A stretch of DNA of 64,000 nt from an uncultured Candidatus Saccharibacteria bacterium (GTDB lineage: Bacteria; Patescibacteriota; Saccharimonadia; CAILAD01; JADZBC01). The position numbers were made by a program, and so were the translations under genes. The stretch lies in NCBI GenBank assembly GCA_964600985.1, contig CAZRJR010000002.1, forward strand, positions 40,867 to 104,866. The letters are read 5' to 3'. Shown here piece by piece: positions 47,218 through 57,130 of the stretch. Every line of letters begins with the position of its first letter. Position 1 is the stretch's first letter. The notes beneath the pieces are model-generated. The model saw only the letters and a list, made by a program, of their open reading frames with translations, was not told the origin of the DNA and did not search any database.

Positions 47218-47763
47218 ATGAATAGTTCAGACACATTAAAAGCTAATTGGTGGATGCTCACCGTACGTGGTGTGGCACTTTTGTTATTCGGCTTAGTAGC
47301 CGTGTTTTGGCCAGGCCTTACGCTTGTAACGTTCGTATACTTATTTAGCGCATTCTTGCTTGTAAGCGGTTTAGTAGGGGTAATTACAGCACTTGTTTCA
47401 ATTGGTAACAAAGGCTGGTTTGTGGGCTTGCTCATGGGGCTTTTGGAGTTAGGCGTGGGCTTGTACTTGGTTCGCCACCCATTGGTTTCGTTTGCCACAC
47501 TAATTCTACTGCTCGGCCTTAGCTTTATTGTTCGCGGCGTAATCGAAGTGGTATCGGCTCTATCTGGTAATGACATGGCAACCAGTAAGACCCTTGCCAT
47601 TATTGGTGGCCTCTTGGGTGTCATCGTAGGGGTCATGGTGCTTAACCAGCCAGCTGCCAGTGGTGTAGTGTTTGTATGGTTGGTTGGCTTGTACGCACTA
47701 CTCATGGGACCGGTGGTAATCGCACTCTCGCTCGACGCTAAAAAACTTGCTTCTGCCAAGTAA
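47218..47763 (+). CDS. HdeD-family (DUF308) membrane protein
   Basis: Repeated TM pairs with WW/G-rich turns (ANWWMLTVRGVALLLFGLVAVFWPG...). Confidence 0.65.
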   Translation: MNSSDTLKANWWMLTVRGVALLLFGLVAVFWPGLTLVTFVYLFSAFLLVSGLVGVITALVSIGNKGWFVGLLMGLLELGVGLYLVRHPLVSFATLILLLGLSFIVRGVIEVVSALSGNDMATSKTLAIIGGLLGVIVGVMVLNQPAASGVVFVWLVGLYALLMGPVVIALSLDAKKLASAK

Positions 47764-47780
47764 GTAGCTTAAGGCTAAGA

Positions 47781-48908
47781 TTGGCTAAGCAGACGAACAC
47801 ATCGGCGGCGGGCTTAAAAGCGAGCGTAGCAACTCCGTGGCCCGCGGAGGATCAAGCGCTTAAAGCGCTCATGGTGGTTGCGCCCGGTGTGTTTGTCGTT
47901 ACATTGCTCATAAGTCGGTTCGTGCTAGGGGTAGACACACTGCCAATTATCGGCCGACCATCGATGTCGATCTTCATCTCGCTTATAAGTAGCTTGCTTG
48001 CCCTTGGGCTGTTCGTGGCGCTGTATTCACGCGCAGTTAGTAAGACTGATCCGTATAGTTACTTGGCTACCGCTCGGTTGCCTATGCGCTGGTTTGACGC
48101 ATTGAGTTTGGGCATCGTATACGCGTTAATTGTATTCATACTAACGGCACTGGCTGGACGGGTAATGGCAGCTTCGTTCGAAGGCTTGCAGTTCGATATA
48201 TATACCGCCTCAATCCTCATGGGTGTTACATGTGGGCTCGTGGCATATGGTGTGGTTCGTACGGTGACTAACATTGACAGTAGGCAAATCGTGAGTGTGC
48301 TCGCGCTGTTCTTGGTCGGTGGTGTAACCCTGAGTATGCTTACGGCTCAGAACCCATTGTGGTGGGAGGCTAACTTTAGCACCCTTGGCCAGGCTACTCA
48401 GCGCGGCACGGCCTCGTTTTATGCATTTAACTTAACACTTATCTTTTCGGCGTTAGCGATTATTGTGCTGGCGCGCCATTTGTATGCCGACATGCAAGCG
48501 CTCATGAAAGAGGGATCACTTATAGGGGTGAGTAGAACGAACGCTGTTAAGACTATCTTCGTAGTGGCAGCCTTGGGCCTTGGTGGGGTGGGGCTGTTCT
48601 TTTATAAGCCGGATTCTCTTCAAGGCACGCTGCACGTCTTTTCGGCTGGCTTGGTAGCGCTGGCCTTTGGCGCTCTTATGATTCTGCTCAAGTGGCTACT
48701 ACCTGGGCTGTCGCATACGTTTATGACTATATCTTATATAGCATTAGCAGCCTTGGTGGGTGCCTACATTCTGTATATGGTACTCGGGTATTTGAGTCTA
48801 ACGGCTTTCGAGCTTAGCTGCTTTGGTATATGCTTCGGCTGGCTGTACCTCTTTACTCAACAGATCGCCCAGGAGAGAAGTGGTATAATGAAGGTGAAGG
48901 AGAACTAA
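47781..48908 (+). CDS. Hypothetical polytopic membrane protein
   Basis: 375 aa, at least 8 predicted TM helices. Confidence 0.5.
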   Translation: MAKQTNTSAAGLKASVATPWPAEDQALKALMVVAPGVFVVTLLISRFVLGVDTLPIIGRPSMSIFISLISSLLALGLFVALYSRAVSKTDPYSYLATARLPMRWFDALSLGIVYALIVFILTALAGRVMAASFEGLQFDIYTASILMGVTCGLVAYGVVRTVTNIDSRQIVSVLALFLVGGVTLSMLTAQNPLWWEANFSTLGQATQRGTASFYAFNLTLIFSALAIIVLARHLYADMQALMKEGSLIGVSRTNAVKTIFVVAALGLGGVGLFFYKPDSLQGTLHVFSAGLVALAFGALMILLKWLLPGLSHTFMTISYIALAALVGAYILYMVLGYLSLTAFELSCFGICFGWLYLFTQQIAQERSGIMKVKEN

Positions 48909-48911
48909 GCC

Positions 48912-50078
48912 ATGGGGAAGCTAAGAACCATTACAGGCTGGGTGCTGGTGGTATTAGGGTGTTCTATGCTCTCGACCTTTGCCATTGTGCGCTGGACCGA
49001 GCAGCAAGTACTAGATACCAATAACTGGGTGGCAACTATGTCGGCGCTGCCTAAGAACCAGGCTGTGGCATGGTCAATTGGTACTAAATTGGTTGATGGT
49101 ATATTTGAGAAAGGAGACATTACCACAAACCTCGAAGAAGTATTGCCGCCCAAACTCGAGTTCTTAGCACCTACCATTTCTGGATTCTTGCGCACCAAAG
49201 CGAACGATCTAGCGACTCAAATAATCATGAGTAACAAGTTTGATCAGATTTGGTCGGACGCGAATCGCACTGCACACCAGAACTTAGTAAAAGTACTGCG
49301 TTCACCTGCGAAGTCGCAAGATGCCAAGTTGTTACCATATAAAATTAACTTAGCTAAAGCCCAAACTTGGTTGCAAAACGCCGCTGCCAAGACTGATAAC
49401 GCCAAGCTTTTACAGGCACAAGATACTGCCAAGGACGTAGTGGCATTCAACGCTAGCTTGCGTAGGGGCATCAACCAGCTGCGTGCCTTTGTGCGAACTG
49501 CCGACAGTTTATACATGCTATTGCCTTACGCGGTTCTGGCAGCGTTTTTGGCAGCCCTGGCTGTAGCTCACAAACGACTCAAGGTACTAATGGGCATAGG
49601 AATCGGCATAAGTGCGCTCAATGTTTTGGCAATCGCCGGCGTGAACGTGCTGCGCCCGGCACTTCTTAATTCTTTGCAGGACCAGTCGTATTCGCCCATA
49701 TTCAACGTGCTTTGGACGGAGCTTTCACAGCCGTTCCTGTCTTACGCACGCTACTTGGTAGTGGTGGGCTTTGTGGTCATACTCTTTGCACTTGCGCTGG
49801 GTCACAAATGGTTCTCGTACTTAGTGTCAGTCAAGGCCAAGCAGGCCGATTGGTACAAGTCTGTTGGGCAAATAGTTCGCAAAGCACGGACTATGCTCAT
49901 AGAATCTTCGAGCTACCTCTATGGCGGGGGAGTAGCAATAGCAGCACTGGTAATTGCCTTTGGTGGCTTCGAAAACTGGCAAGCGATTGCTCGCATCGTG
50001 CTCTTACTGGTCTCGTATTTGTGCGTGATCAGGCTTATTACATTACCCTTTGCTAGCTCAGCAAAAGCCTCTAAGTGA
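48912..50078 (+). CDS. Hypothetical membrane protein
   Basis: 388 aa. N-terminal TM, a large soluble domain, and C-terminal TM helices. Confidence 0.5.
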   Translation: MGKLRTITGWVLVVLGCSMLSTFAIVRWTEQQVLDTNNWVATMSALPKNQAVAWSIGTKLVDGIFEKGDITTNLEEVLPPKLEFLAPTISGFLRTKANDLATQIIMSNKFDQIWSDANRTAHQNLVKVLRSPAKSQDAKLLPYKINLAKAQTWLQNAAAKTDNAKLLQAQDTAKDVVAFNASLRRGINQLRAFVRTADSLYMLLPYAVLAAFLAALAVAHKRLKVLMGIGIGISALNVLAIAGVNVLRPALLNSLQDQSYSPIFNVLWTELSQPFLSYARYLVVVGFVVILFALALGHKWFSYLVSVKAKQADWYKSVGQIVRKARTMLIESSSYLYGGGVAIAALVIAFGGFENWQAIARIVLLLVSYLCVIRLITLPFASSAKASK

Positions 50079-50162
50079 GCTTAGCTTCAGCCAACATTCA
50101 GCTTGACAGTACGGTTCACCTAGGCGGACAATAGCAGTGTAATTAATCAAGGAGTTACACTC

Positions 50163-50561
50163 ATGGCAAGTAAAAATAACGTGACTGGCTGGGTCGGCTG
50201 GGTCTTCTTTGCAGGATTCATGATGACCATGCTTGGTACTTTCCAGATGATCGCCGGGCTTACGGTGCTTCTAAATAGCAAGTGGCTTGTAACCACAGAA
50301 TCAAGTCTGCTCTTGCTTAACTTTAGCACCTGGGGTTGGACCTATCTTCTGCTTGGCCTGGTAGTACTCTTGGCTGGCTTTGGGGTCATGAAGGGCTCAG
50401 TATGGGCCCGCGTAGCTGGTGTGCTGATTGCGCTTCTTAGTGCCGCTGCCAACTTAGCTTCGATCAATATTTACCCAATTTGGTCGATCATTATCATTGC
50501 GGTCAATGTATTGGTAATCTTTGCCCTTACTGTGCATGGCGACGAACTCAAAGAAGTATAG
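50163..50561 (+). CDS. Hypothetical small membrane protein (4 TM)
   Basis: 132 aa, RBS AAGGAG. Confidence 0.5.
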   Translation: MASKNNVTGWVGWVFFAGFMMTMLGTFQMIAGLTVLLNSKWLVTTESSLLLLNFSTWGWTYLLLGLVVLLAGFGVMKGSVWARVAGVLIALLSAAANLASINIYPIWSIIIIAVNVLVIFALTVHGDELKEV

Positions 50562-50682
50562 TAAGTTCCAATTCCAGAGATCTATTCTGGTGAATACCCG
50601 AGCCTTTTAGGCCGGGTATTTGTTTTGGTAATAAAGGGGGCTGATACTTGACAAAAAAGCTAATAGGTTATATTATGTATAT

Positions 50683-50925
50683 ATGAATGCCTACCAAATA
50701 CTCGTTATCATCTTAGCAATTACCCTGGCGGTGTTTCTAATACTAGGAATTATTGCCGCATCTTTACTGATTGGCTTATTGCGCAATATGAAGCAAATTC
50801 CACCTAAGATTGAAGGGATAGTGGACAACTTCCAGGATGTAAGTGAAGCCATGCGCGACACTGCGGCACCGCTAATTATGATTGGCGACCTTATGAAGAA
50901 GTTCTTTCCGTCTAAAAAGCGCTAA
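50683..50925 (+). CDS. Hypothetical small membrane protein
   Basis: 80 aa with a single N-terminal TM. Confidence 0.4.
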   Translation: MNAYQILVIILAITLAVFLILGIIAASLLIGLLRNMKQIPPKIEGIVDNFQDVSEAMRDTAAPLIMIGDLMKKFFPSKKR

Positions 50926-50964
50926 TCTGTTCGTGATGATATAATGGACCCAAGTAAATAGGGT

Positions 50965-51393
50965 TTGACTATGGTACAAATCAAGGCTAATAGTCCGGCC
51001 GACTATATAGCTCAACTACCTAAAGACCGCCAGGGCGATATAGAGCAGCTTGTAGCGTTGATTCAAAAAGAAGCTCCCGAACTCAAGCCAACTATGCAGT
51101 TTGGCATGATTGGCTTTGGCCCGTATCGTTATCGTTACGCAAGTGGTCGCGAAGGTGATTGGGCGCAAATAGCTGTAGCTGCCCAAAAGAACTATACATC
51201 TTTATATGTTTCGTGTGCGGATAGAGGCAAGTATTTGGCTGAGTCTTATAAGGATAAGTTGCCAAAGGCTAATATTGGCAAAAGCTGCATTCGATTTAAA
51301 AGACTCGCTGACTTGGATACTGCAGCCGTGCGGCAACTTATTGCTCAGGCGGCAGAGCTCTATAGCCCTAGTGTCGATAATTATGCAGGCTAA
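50965..51393 (+). CDS. DUF1801 (YdhG-like) domain protein
   Basis: 142 aa. Pattern DYIAQLPKDRQGDIEQLVALIQKEAPELKPTMQFGMIGFGPYRY. Confidence 0.6.
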   Translation: MTMVQIKANSPADYIAQLPKDRQGDIEQLVALIQKEAPELKPTMQFGMIGFGPYRYRYASGREGDWAQIAVAAQKNYTSLYVSCADRGKYLAESYKDKLPKANIGKSCIRFKRLADLDTAAVRQLIAQAAELYSPSVDNYAG

Positions 51394-52090
51394 AGACGTC
51401 AAGGCTCAGCTCGCTAGCTTTGCCAGCCCTGAGCGTGCCAAGAGTTCAGCGTGGTTTTTTAAAACTGGCGCTGGACAATATGGCGAAGGTGATGAATTTA
51501 TAGGCGTGAACGTACCCGATCAGCGCCGGGTTGCCAAGCAGTTTGTAAATTTACCACTTAATGAGGCGGCAAAACTACTAGCTAGCAGCGTCCACGAGCA
51601 CCGCCTAACAGCTCTCATCATACTGGTTGCACAGTACAAGGTTGCAGCGGACGATGGTAAACAGCGCATATATGACTTTTACTTAGCCCACGCAGGCTGC
51701 GTGAATAATTGGGATTTGGTAGACAGCTCGGCGTCGTACATAGTAGGTGCGCATTTGTTCGATAAAGACCGTTCGTTGCTCTATGATTTAGCATACTCTG
51801 CGAGCTTGTGGGAGCGGCGCATAGCAATCATTGCCACCGCATACTTTATTGCTCGCGGGGAGAGTAATGACACGTTCGCGATCGCTGAAATTTTACTTAC
51901 CGATACGCATGACCTTATTCACAAAGCAGTGGGTTGGATGCTGCGTGAGGTGGGTAAAAGCTGTGGTCAGGAGGTTGAAGAGGAGTTTTTACACCAGTAT
52001 TATAAAAAAATGCCACGCACTATGCTACGCTACAGTATAGAGCGCTTCAGCCCAGAGCGCCGACAGCAATACCTAAAGGGCTTAATTTGA
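51386..52090 (+). CDS. DNA alkylation repair protein (AlkD/AlkC-like HEAT-repeat glycosylase family)
   Basis: 234 aa from MQAKDVKAQLASFASPERAKSSAWFFKTG, with the ...WDLVDSSA...WERRIAIIAT pattern. Confidence 0.65.
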   Translation, partial: QAKDVKAQLASFASPERAKSSAWFFKTGAGQYGEGDEFIGVNVPDQRRVAKQFVNLPLNEAAKLLASSVHEHRLTALIILVAQYKVAADDGKQRIYDFYLAHAGCVNNWDLVDSSASYIVGAHLFDKDRSLLYDLAYSASLWERRIAIIATAYFIARGESNDTFAIAEILLTDTHDLIHKAVGWMLREVGKSCGQEVEEEFLHQYYKKMPRTMLRYSIERFSPERRQQYLKGLI

Positions 52091-52097
52091 ATCAAGC

Positions 52098-52703
52098 ATG
52101 CAAACCGCCCATAACACCCAAGCCGAACCAGTAGTTACTAATGATGATGAAAAGATCATTTTCGTTGATCAAAACGGCAAGCCTACTGGCAAAGTAGGCC
52201 CTAAGCTGGCTAGTCACCACGCCGATACAGGGCTGCATCTGGCATTCTCATGCTATGTTTTTAACTCGCAAGGCAAATTACTGCTCACCCAGCGCGCCCA
52301 CGGCAAAAGGGTGTGGCCGGGCGTGTGGACTAATAGTGTGTGCGGCCATCCATTACCTGGTGAATCTCTCGAGGGCGCAATATGTAGACGCCTCGATTAT
52401 GAGCTTGGCATGCCGCCGGTATCTGGTTTAGCGCAGTTGGTGGGTAATTACATTTATAAAACTCCGCCGTACCGGGGTATAGTTGAGTACGAGTTTTGTC
52501 CCATCTATATGGGTGTGTCCGACAGCGAGCCTACTATGAACCCGCAGGAAGTAGCTGACTATAAATGGATAGGCCTAGATTGGCTTATTGCCGAGGCAGC
52601 CAAGCCCGATCCCAGCCACGTTTATTCGTACTGGATGAAGCAGCAACTTGAGCTTATTGCGAACCATGCTTCACTGCAGCGGTATCGTGGTCTAAGCGCC
52701 TAA
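52098..52703 (+). CDS. idi: Isopentenyl-diphosphate delta-isomerase (type 1, Nudix)
   Basis: Pattern TNSVCGHP...E with conserved Cys/Glu, and the Nudix-like core. Confidence 0.8.
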   Translation: MQTAHNTQAEPVVTNDDEKIIFVDQNGKPTGKVGPKLASHHADTGLHLAFSCYVFNSQGKLLLTQRAHGKRVWPGVWTNSVCGHPLPGESLEGAICRRLDYELGMPPVSGLAQLVGNYIYKTPPYRGIVEYEFCPIYMGVSDSEPTMNPQEVADYKWIGLDWLIAEAAKPDPSHVYSYWMKQQLELIANHASLQRYRGLSA

Positions 52704-52769
52704 GCTTGAGTTGGTAGGGTAATTAGGGCACAATATGCGTACCGCAATCGTCGACACCTAGGGGGAAGA

Positions 52770-53195
52770 ATGCGGAAAGTCATGATGTGCTTAGTGGCGG
52801 CGGCTGCTGGCTACCTTGGGGTCTCCTACTGGGAGTCTAGAGGTGCCATCGCCAACACCTACAAGCGGCCCAACCCACGCCTCAACCGCGTGGGTGGGTC
52901 CGACGCAGCACTCTGGGCCGCGGGCGCTGCAGCCTTGCTGGCCTGGAACTGGCGATCGATTCCTGTGATCATCTGGGAGCGCCGCAAGCCGCTGGTGCTG
53001 CTGGGGTTCATCTTGGGCTGGCTGGCGTTCGACAGCACGGCCGAAGGCATTGAGAGGTTCGAGCGGTCCATGAGCAGCACCAGCATGGGCGAAGCGCCCA
53101 TGTGTCAGGCAGTATCACCTCGCCATCGAGCTTCTCGGGGCTCGGTGGCATTCGGGATTGATCCGAGCCGGGTTCTGCCAAGGGGTGAGTGGTGA
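52770..53195 (+). CDS. Hypothetical membrane protein in GC-rich island
   Basis: 141 aa, about 62% GC. A further 52-aa GTG-initiated ORF follows (53192-53350). Confidence 0.35.
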   Translation: MRKVMMCLVAAAAGYLGVSYWESRGAIANTYKRPNPRLNRVGGSDAALWAAGAAALLAWNWRSIPVIIWERRKPLVLLGFILGWLAFDSTAEGIERFERSMSSTSMGEAPMCQAVSPRHRASRGSVAFGIDPSRVLPRGEW

Positions 53196-53408
53196 AGCGA
53201 GTAGTGGCAGCCGCAGCTCTGGTGGCAGTGGTAGCCCTCGGCTACAGGGCGGTTCGAACAGTGCGAGAGGAACAAGGCCCGCTTTTCGATGCTTCCTGGG
53301 ATGGGGTGAAGCGCAGTTCACAGTCCCAGGGCTACTGGAACAGCTGGTAGCACAAGAGGTTGGTTGGGGGAGAGATCCCCCAGCTAGCCACAACTAAACT
53401 CAATCAAA

Positions 53409-53837
53409 TTACTTTAAGAAATACCGATAGCTATTGGTATCTTTTTGTTTAAACCCATAGTTAGTATAGAGGCAGTTTGCAGCTTCACGTTTTGGCGCCG
53501 AGGTGAGCCTGAGTAGGCCCACATGTTTTGCTTTGGCCACGGCCATTATTTCGTCGAGCAAACGTTTGGCTATTCCCTGCCCGTGGTAACTAGTTAATAC
53601 CACCACATCATCGATGTCCCCAATCCTGGTACTGAGCGTTTCTACAATATTTACTACTGCGATGCCAACCAAATTCACACCATCCTTCGCCCCTATAACG
53701 ACTGTAGAGGGATTGCGGAGCGCAGCTCCATATTGGCTCGGGTTAATCGTATGGTTGGGGGACAACTCCTGCTTGAGCATAAATATTTCGTTCACGAGTT
53801 GATCGTTAAGTTCGGTGATTGGTCGAATTTCTATCAT
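53409..53837 (-). CDS. GNAT family N-acetyltransferase
   Basis: 142 aa with acetyl-CoA binding motif VVLTSYHGQGIAKRLL. Confidence 0.75.
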   Translation of the reverse strand: MIEIRPITELNDQLVNEIFMLKQELSPNHTINPSQYGAALRNPSTVVIGAKDGVNLVGIAVVNIVETLSTRIGDIDDVVVLTSYHGQGIAKRLLDEIMAVAKAKHVGLLRLTSAPKREAANCLYTNYGFKQKDTNSYRYFLK

Positions 53838-55036
53838 TCTTGTGGCTCTCCGGGGTAAAGTGTTGTGTTTTGCAGTTCCTTGGGCATAAACCCTTTGGGA
53901 TGCTCAAAGCCTGCTTCCCACTTGGCTCCTTTGCCATAGCCTAAATTCTTCATTAGTTTAGTGGGCGCATTGCGTAAATGGAGTGGTACGGTTGCATCGG
54001 GGAATTCGCGTACAGCAGCATTTGCGGCCATGATGGCGTCGTAGCTACTACGCGATTTTTTGCTTCGGGCCATAGTAATGGTGGCTTGCGAGAGGATAAT
54101 CTGACTCTCGGGCATGCCAATTCGCTCCACTGCCTGAAAAGCTGAGATAGCTAGGGTAAGTGCTCCGGGGCTAGCCAGGCCAACATCCTCGCTGGCAAAT
54201 ACTACCAGGCGTCGGGCTATGAACTTAGGGTCTTCACCGCCAGCTAGCATGCGCGCCAGGTAGTAGAGCGATGCGTCTACGTCGCCACCCCGCATGGATT
54301 TAATGTACGCTGAAATGAGATTGTAGTGGTACTCACCGCCCTTGTCGTAGCGAGTAGTTTTTTGCTGCATAGCCTGCTTAATCACGCTAGGGGTAATAAC
54401 TTTGTGCTCAATTGCAGCAGCCGCCTCGAGACCAGATAGTGCCATACGGGCGTCTCCGCCCGATAGCTCGGCGAGTAGGTCAATAGCCTCGGGCTCAACT
54501 TTTACTCTTCCTAGCTGCGAGACTGCGCGCGTGAGTATGGCGACCAGACTATCCTTACTGAGAGGCTCAAGTACAACTACACGCGATCGACTCAGCAAAG
54601 GGCCAATTACTTCGAAGCTTGGGTTCTCGGTGGTGGCACCAATCATAACGATCGTACCGTTCTCTACATGAGGCAAGAATGCGTCTTGTTGAGCTTTGTT
54701 GAATCGGTGAATTTCATCTACAAACAAGACGGTATTTATATTTTCGGCCTTAAGCTCCTGAGCGTGCGCTATTACCTTCTTCACGTCTGCCAGGCCAGAG
54801 GTAACAGCGCTAATTTCTACGAAATCGAAGTTACCCGAGCGGGCAATTATGCGCGCTAAGGTAGTTTTGCCTGTTCCTGGCGGCCCCCATAGAATCATAC
54901 TGACCGGCTTGCCTTGCTCAATTACGCTGCGCAAGAACTGATTTGCGCCCACTATATGTTCCTGGCCAACTACATCGGCAAGCTGGGTAGGGCGCATGCG
55001 CTCGGCTAGGGGAGTGGAAGGTTCGGTTTTTTTCAT
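53834..55036 (-). CDS. rarA: Replication-associated recombination protein A (AAA+ ATPase RarA/MgsA)
   Basis: Walker A GPPGTGKTTLA, Walker B LFVDEIHRFNK, sensor and MgsA C-terminal domains. Confidence 0.9.
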   Translation of the reverse strand: MKKTEPSTPLAERMRPTQLADVVGQEHIVGANQFLRSVIEQGKPVSMILWGPPGTGKTTLARIIARSGNFDFVEISAVTSGLADVKKVIAHAQELKAENINTVLFVDEIHRFNKAQQDAFLPHVENGTIVMIGATTENPSFEVIGPLLSRSRVVVLEPLSKDSLVAILTRAVSQLGRVKVEPEAIDLLAELSGGDARMALSGLEAAAAIEHKVITPSVIKQAMQQKTTRYDKGGEYHYNLISAYIKSMRGGDVDASLYYLARMLAGGEDPKFIARRLVVFASEDVGLASPGALTLAISAFQAVERIGMPESQIILSQATITMARSKKSRSSYDAIMAANAAVREFPDATVPLHLRNAPTKLMKNLGYGKGAKWEAGFEHPKGFMPKELQNTTLYPGEPQE

Positions 55037-55142
55037 GGTACTAGTGTATCACCGAACTCAGAGCGAATAAAATGCTTGTGCTAGTGATTTTGTTGCAGTC
55101 ATGATATAAAATGTTCAACTCGTATCCAGGAAGGGAGGGGTT

Positions 55143-55514
55143 ATGCCAAGTCGGCATGGAGATCAAACGATCTACTGCATAGCCGGTCGTTACTATTCTA
55201 TGGTGGGCCCGCACCCGAGCCAACTTCGGCATGGATCTGAGTTTAGGGCTGCTTGCGACGAACTTGATCACTACCAAGGTGGCTATGGTCGTGGATTCGT
55301 AATTGATGCGATGTGGCGTGTGGAACAAGATCGGCTTGCTACTAAGTATGAAGTTGAGCGACTCACTTCGACAACTACAAAGAGCAATCCACTTGCTTCA
55401 TTCGGACAGTTTCGTATCCTTACACTCGTCCAATGCAGAGGCGGACACCTCGACTATCGACCGAAGCATCGCTTGCGATACTTGTGGTGGGTATCGTCGG
55501 TGTTGGCAAAGTAG
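55143..55514 (+). CDS. Hypothetical protein
   Basis: 123 aa. Strong RBS GGAAGGGAGGGG. Followed by a terminator at 55551-55580. Confidence 0.45.
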   Translation: MPSRHGDQTIYCIAGRYYSMVGPHPSQLRHGSEFRAACDELDHYQGGYGRGFVIDAMWRVEQDRLATKYEVERLTSTTTKSNPLASFGQFRILTLVQCRGGHLDYRPKHRLRYLWWVSSVLAK

Positions 55515-55550
55515 TTAGGGCGAGGCGGGCCAATCGGAGCCGCTAGCCCC

Positions 55551-55580
55551 GGGTCTTAGGAACTTCCTAAGACCCTTTTG
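55551..55580 (+). terminator. Intrinsic terminator
   Basis: GGGTCTTAGG-AACT-TCCTAAGACCC followed by TTTT. Confidence 0.6.
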
Positions 55581-55635
55581 CGTGTCTGGAGTTTGCTGTG
55601 CAAAAAAGGTATAGTTAAGTTCAAGAGGAGTAGGT

Positions 55636-56040
55636 ATGACTGGTAGTGAAAAGTCACTTGTGCAAAAGCTAGGTATAAAACCAGAGTACTGCATTACTAT
55701 CATTAACCCACCTGATAACTTCGAGGATCAGTTGACTGACTTGCCTGATTCGGTGCGCATAGAGAACTTCCTAGAGGAAGTTGATTTTGACCTCATACAT
55801 TACTTTGCGCAAGATCGCGCAGAGCTCGAACAACAGTTCGATTACCTCAAAAACTGCCTAAACCCTAATGGTATATTATGGCTGTCATGGCCCAAAAAGA
55901 CATCAAAGCTACAAAGTGACCTAGACGACGCCCAGGTGCGTGAAATTGGTCTGGCTGGCGGTTTAGTAGACGTTAAGGTATGCGCAATCGATGACGATTG
56001 GTCGGCACTCAAGTTTGTGTTTCGTAAGGAAGATAGGTAG
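55636..56040 (+). CDS. DUF3052 domain protein
   Basis: 134 aa, RBS GAGGAG. Pattern consistent with DUF3052. Confidence 0.5.
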   Translation: MTGSEKSLVQKLGIKPEYCITIINPPDNFEDQLTDLPDSVRIENFLEEVDFDLIHYFAQDRAELEQQFDYLKNCLNPNGILWLSWPKKTSKLQSDLDDAQVREIGLAGGLVDVKVCAIDDDWSALKFVFRKEDR

Positions 56041-56043
56041 AAG

Positions 56044-56223
56044 TTAGTCTAAGGCACGATCTAAGCGGTCGCGTTCGGCAATTAAGGAGTCAAATGCCCG
56101 TGCGCTCATAGCCTTGCAGTTTTCTTCTGTGGTCGGCTGTGGGGCGTAGTATTTATCAAGCTCGCTTTTTACCACCTCGAGGCGAGAAGCGATTTGTTCT
56201 TGTGTCATGCTTGCTACATCCAT
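56044..56223 (-). CDS. Small hypothetical protein (59 aa)
   Basis: MDVASMTQEQIASRLEVVKSELDKYYAPQPTTEENCKAMSARAFDSLIAERDRLDRALD. Below the ORF-track cutoff. Convergent with the DUF3052 gene. Confidence 0.3.
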   Translation of the reverse strand: MDVASMTQEQIASRLEVVKSELDKYYAPQPTTEENCKAMSARAFDSLIAERDRLDRALD

Positions 56224-56340
56224 ATGTATCTAGTATAGGCGCTTTTGGCGTAATAGTCACGCGTACTATGGGACAAACAAGGGAAAACCCGCCTCGCGTA
56301 CGAGACGGGGTCCCTGGTACGAAGCGGGTGTGTTGTTGGC

Positions 56341-57027
56341 CTAACTCGGCCGCTTGAGGCCGAGTCGCCAGAGAGTGAAGCGCTCGGCGGGGCGGATGAG
56401 TGCAAACTTGTCGCCCTTACCGTCGCCCCCGATCGGATTCACCAGTACGGCGTTCCAACCCATCAGGATTGGCCGCAGGCAGTCGAAGCGGAACTTGTCG
56501 CCGACCACCATGATCTCGGAGCGCTTCACGGTCTTGCCTTTGATCTCTCGTGTGAGGGCGCTCAAGTCGCTCCGAAAGGTGATCCGCCAGGGCTTACGCG
56601 GCCACTTGCCGAACGCCCAGGGCGGCCAGAACACCTTCTGTGGTTGCTGGAGAAGCACGACTTCGAAGCCAACGGCTTTGAGCTGATGGATCATCTCGTC
56701 GAAATCGCCGGTGTATCTGCCCGAGTAATAGGGCGAAGTGCCTTCTTTCACGGACTTCTTCACGAGCTTGCGTTTCTTGTTGGTGCGCAGGATGATGTAG
56801 TGGTAGCCAGCGCTGTAGGCACGAGCGAAGGTATCGAGGATGTCGACCGAGAGCACGCTATGCCCTCGTGGGGCGATGGTGTTCTCGATGTCACAGACCA
56901 GCAGCTTGCCGGGCGACTCGAGGAAGTTGATCTTCTGGAACACCCTGACCAGTTGCAATTGGCCGGCTTCCTGTGCCAGCCGCGCCTTGCGGCGAGTAAG
57001 CACTCGTCCTTTAATTCGCTGTGCCAC
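56341..57027 (-). CDS. HAD-superfamily phosphatase-like protein (YqeG-like), GC-rich
   Basis: 228 aa. LLVCDIENTIAP (DxD-type motif I) and VVGDKFRFD (motif IV-like). About 58% GC. Confidence 0.5.
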   Translation of the reverse strand: MAQRIKGRVLTRRKARLAQEAGQLQLVRVFQKINFLESPGKLLVCDIENTIAPRGHSVLSVDILDTFARAYSAGYHYIILRTNKKRKLVKKSVKEGTSPYYSGRYTGDFDEMIHQLKAVGFEVVLLQQPQKVFWPPWAFGKWPRKPWRITFRSDLSALTREIKGKTVKRSEIMVVGDKFRFDCLRPILMGWNAVLVNPIGGDGKGDKFALIRPAERFTLWRLGLKRPS

Positions 57028-57130
57028 TTGGGCACCTCCTTGGTTTGGAGGCCTTCAATCCTGAATAGGCGGCCAAGTGGCCACATCATACCAGCTTCCG
57101 AGGTAATTACCAAGCATAAGAGAAATTATA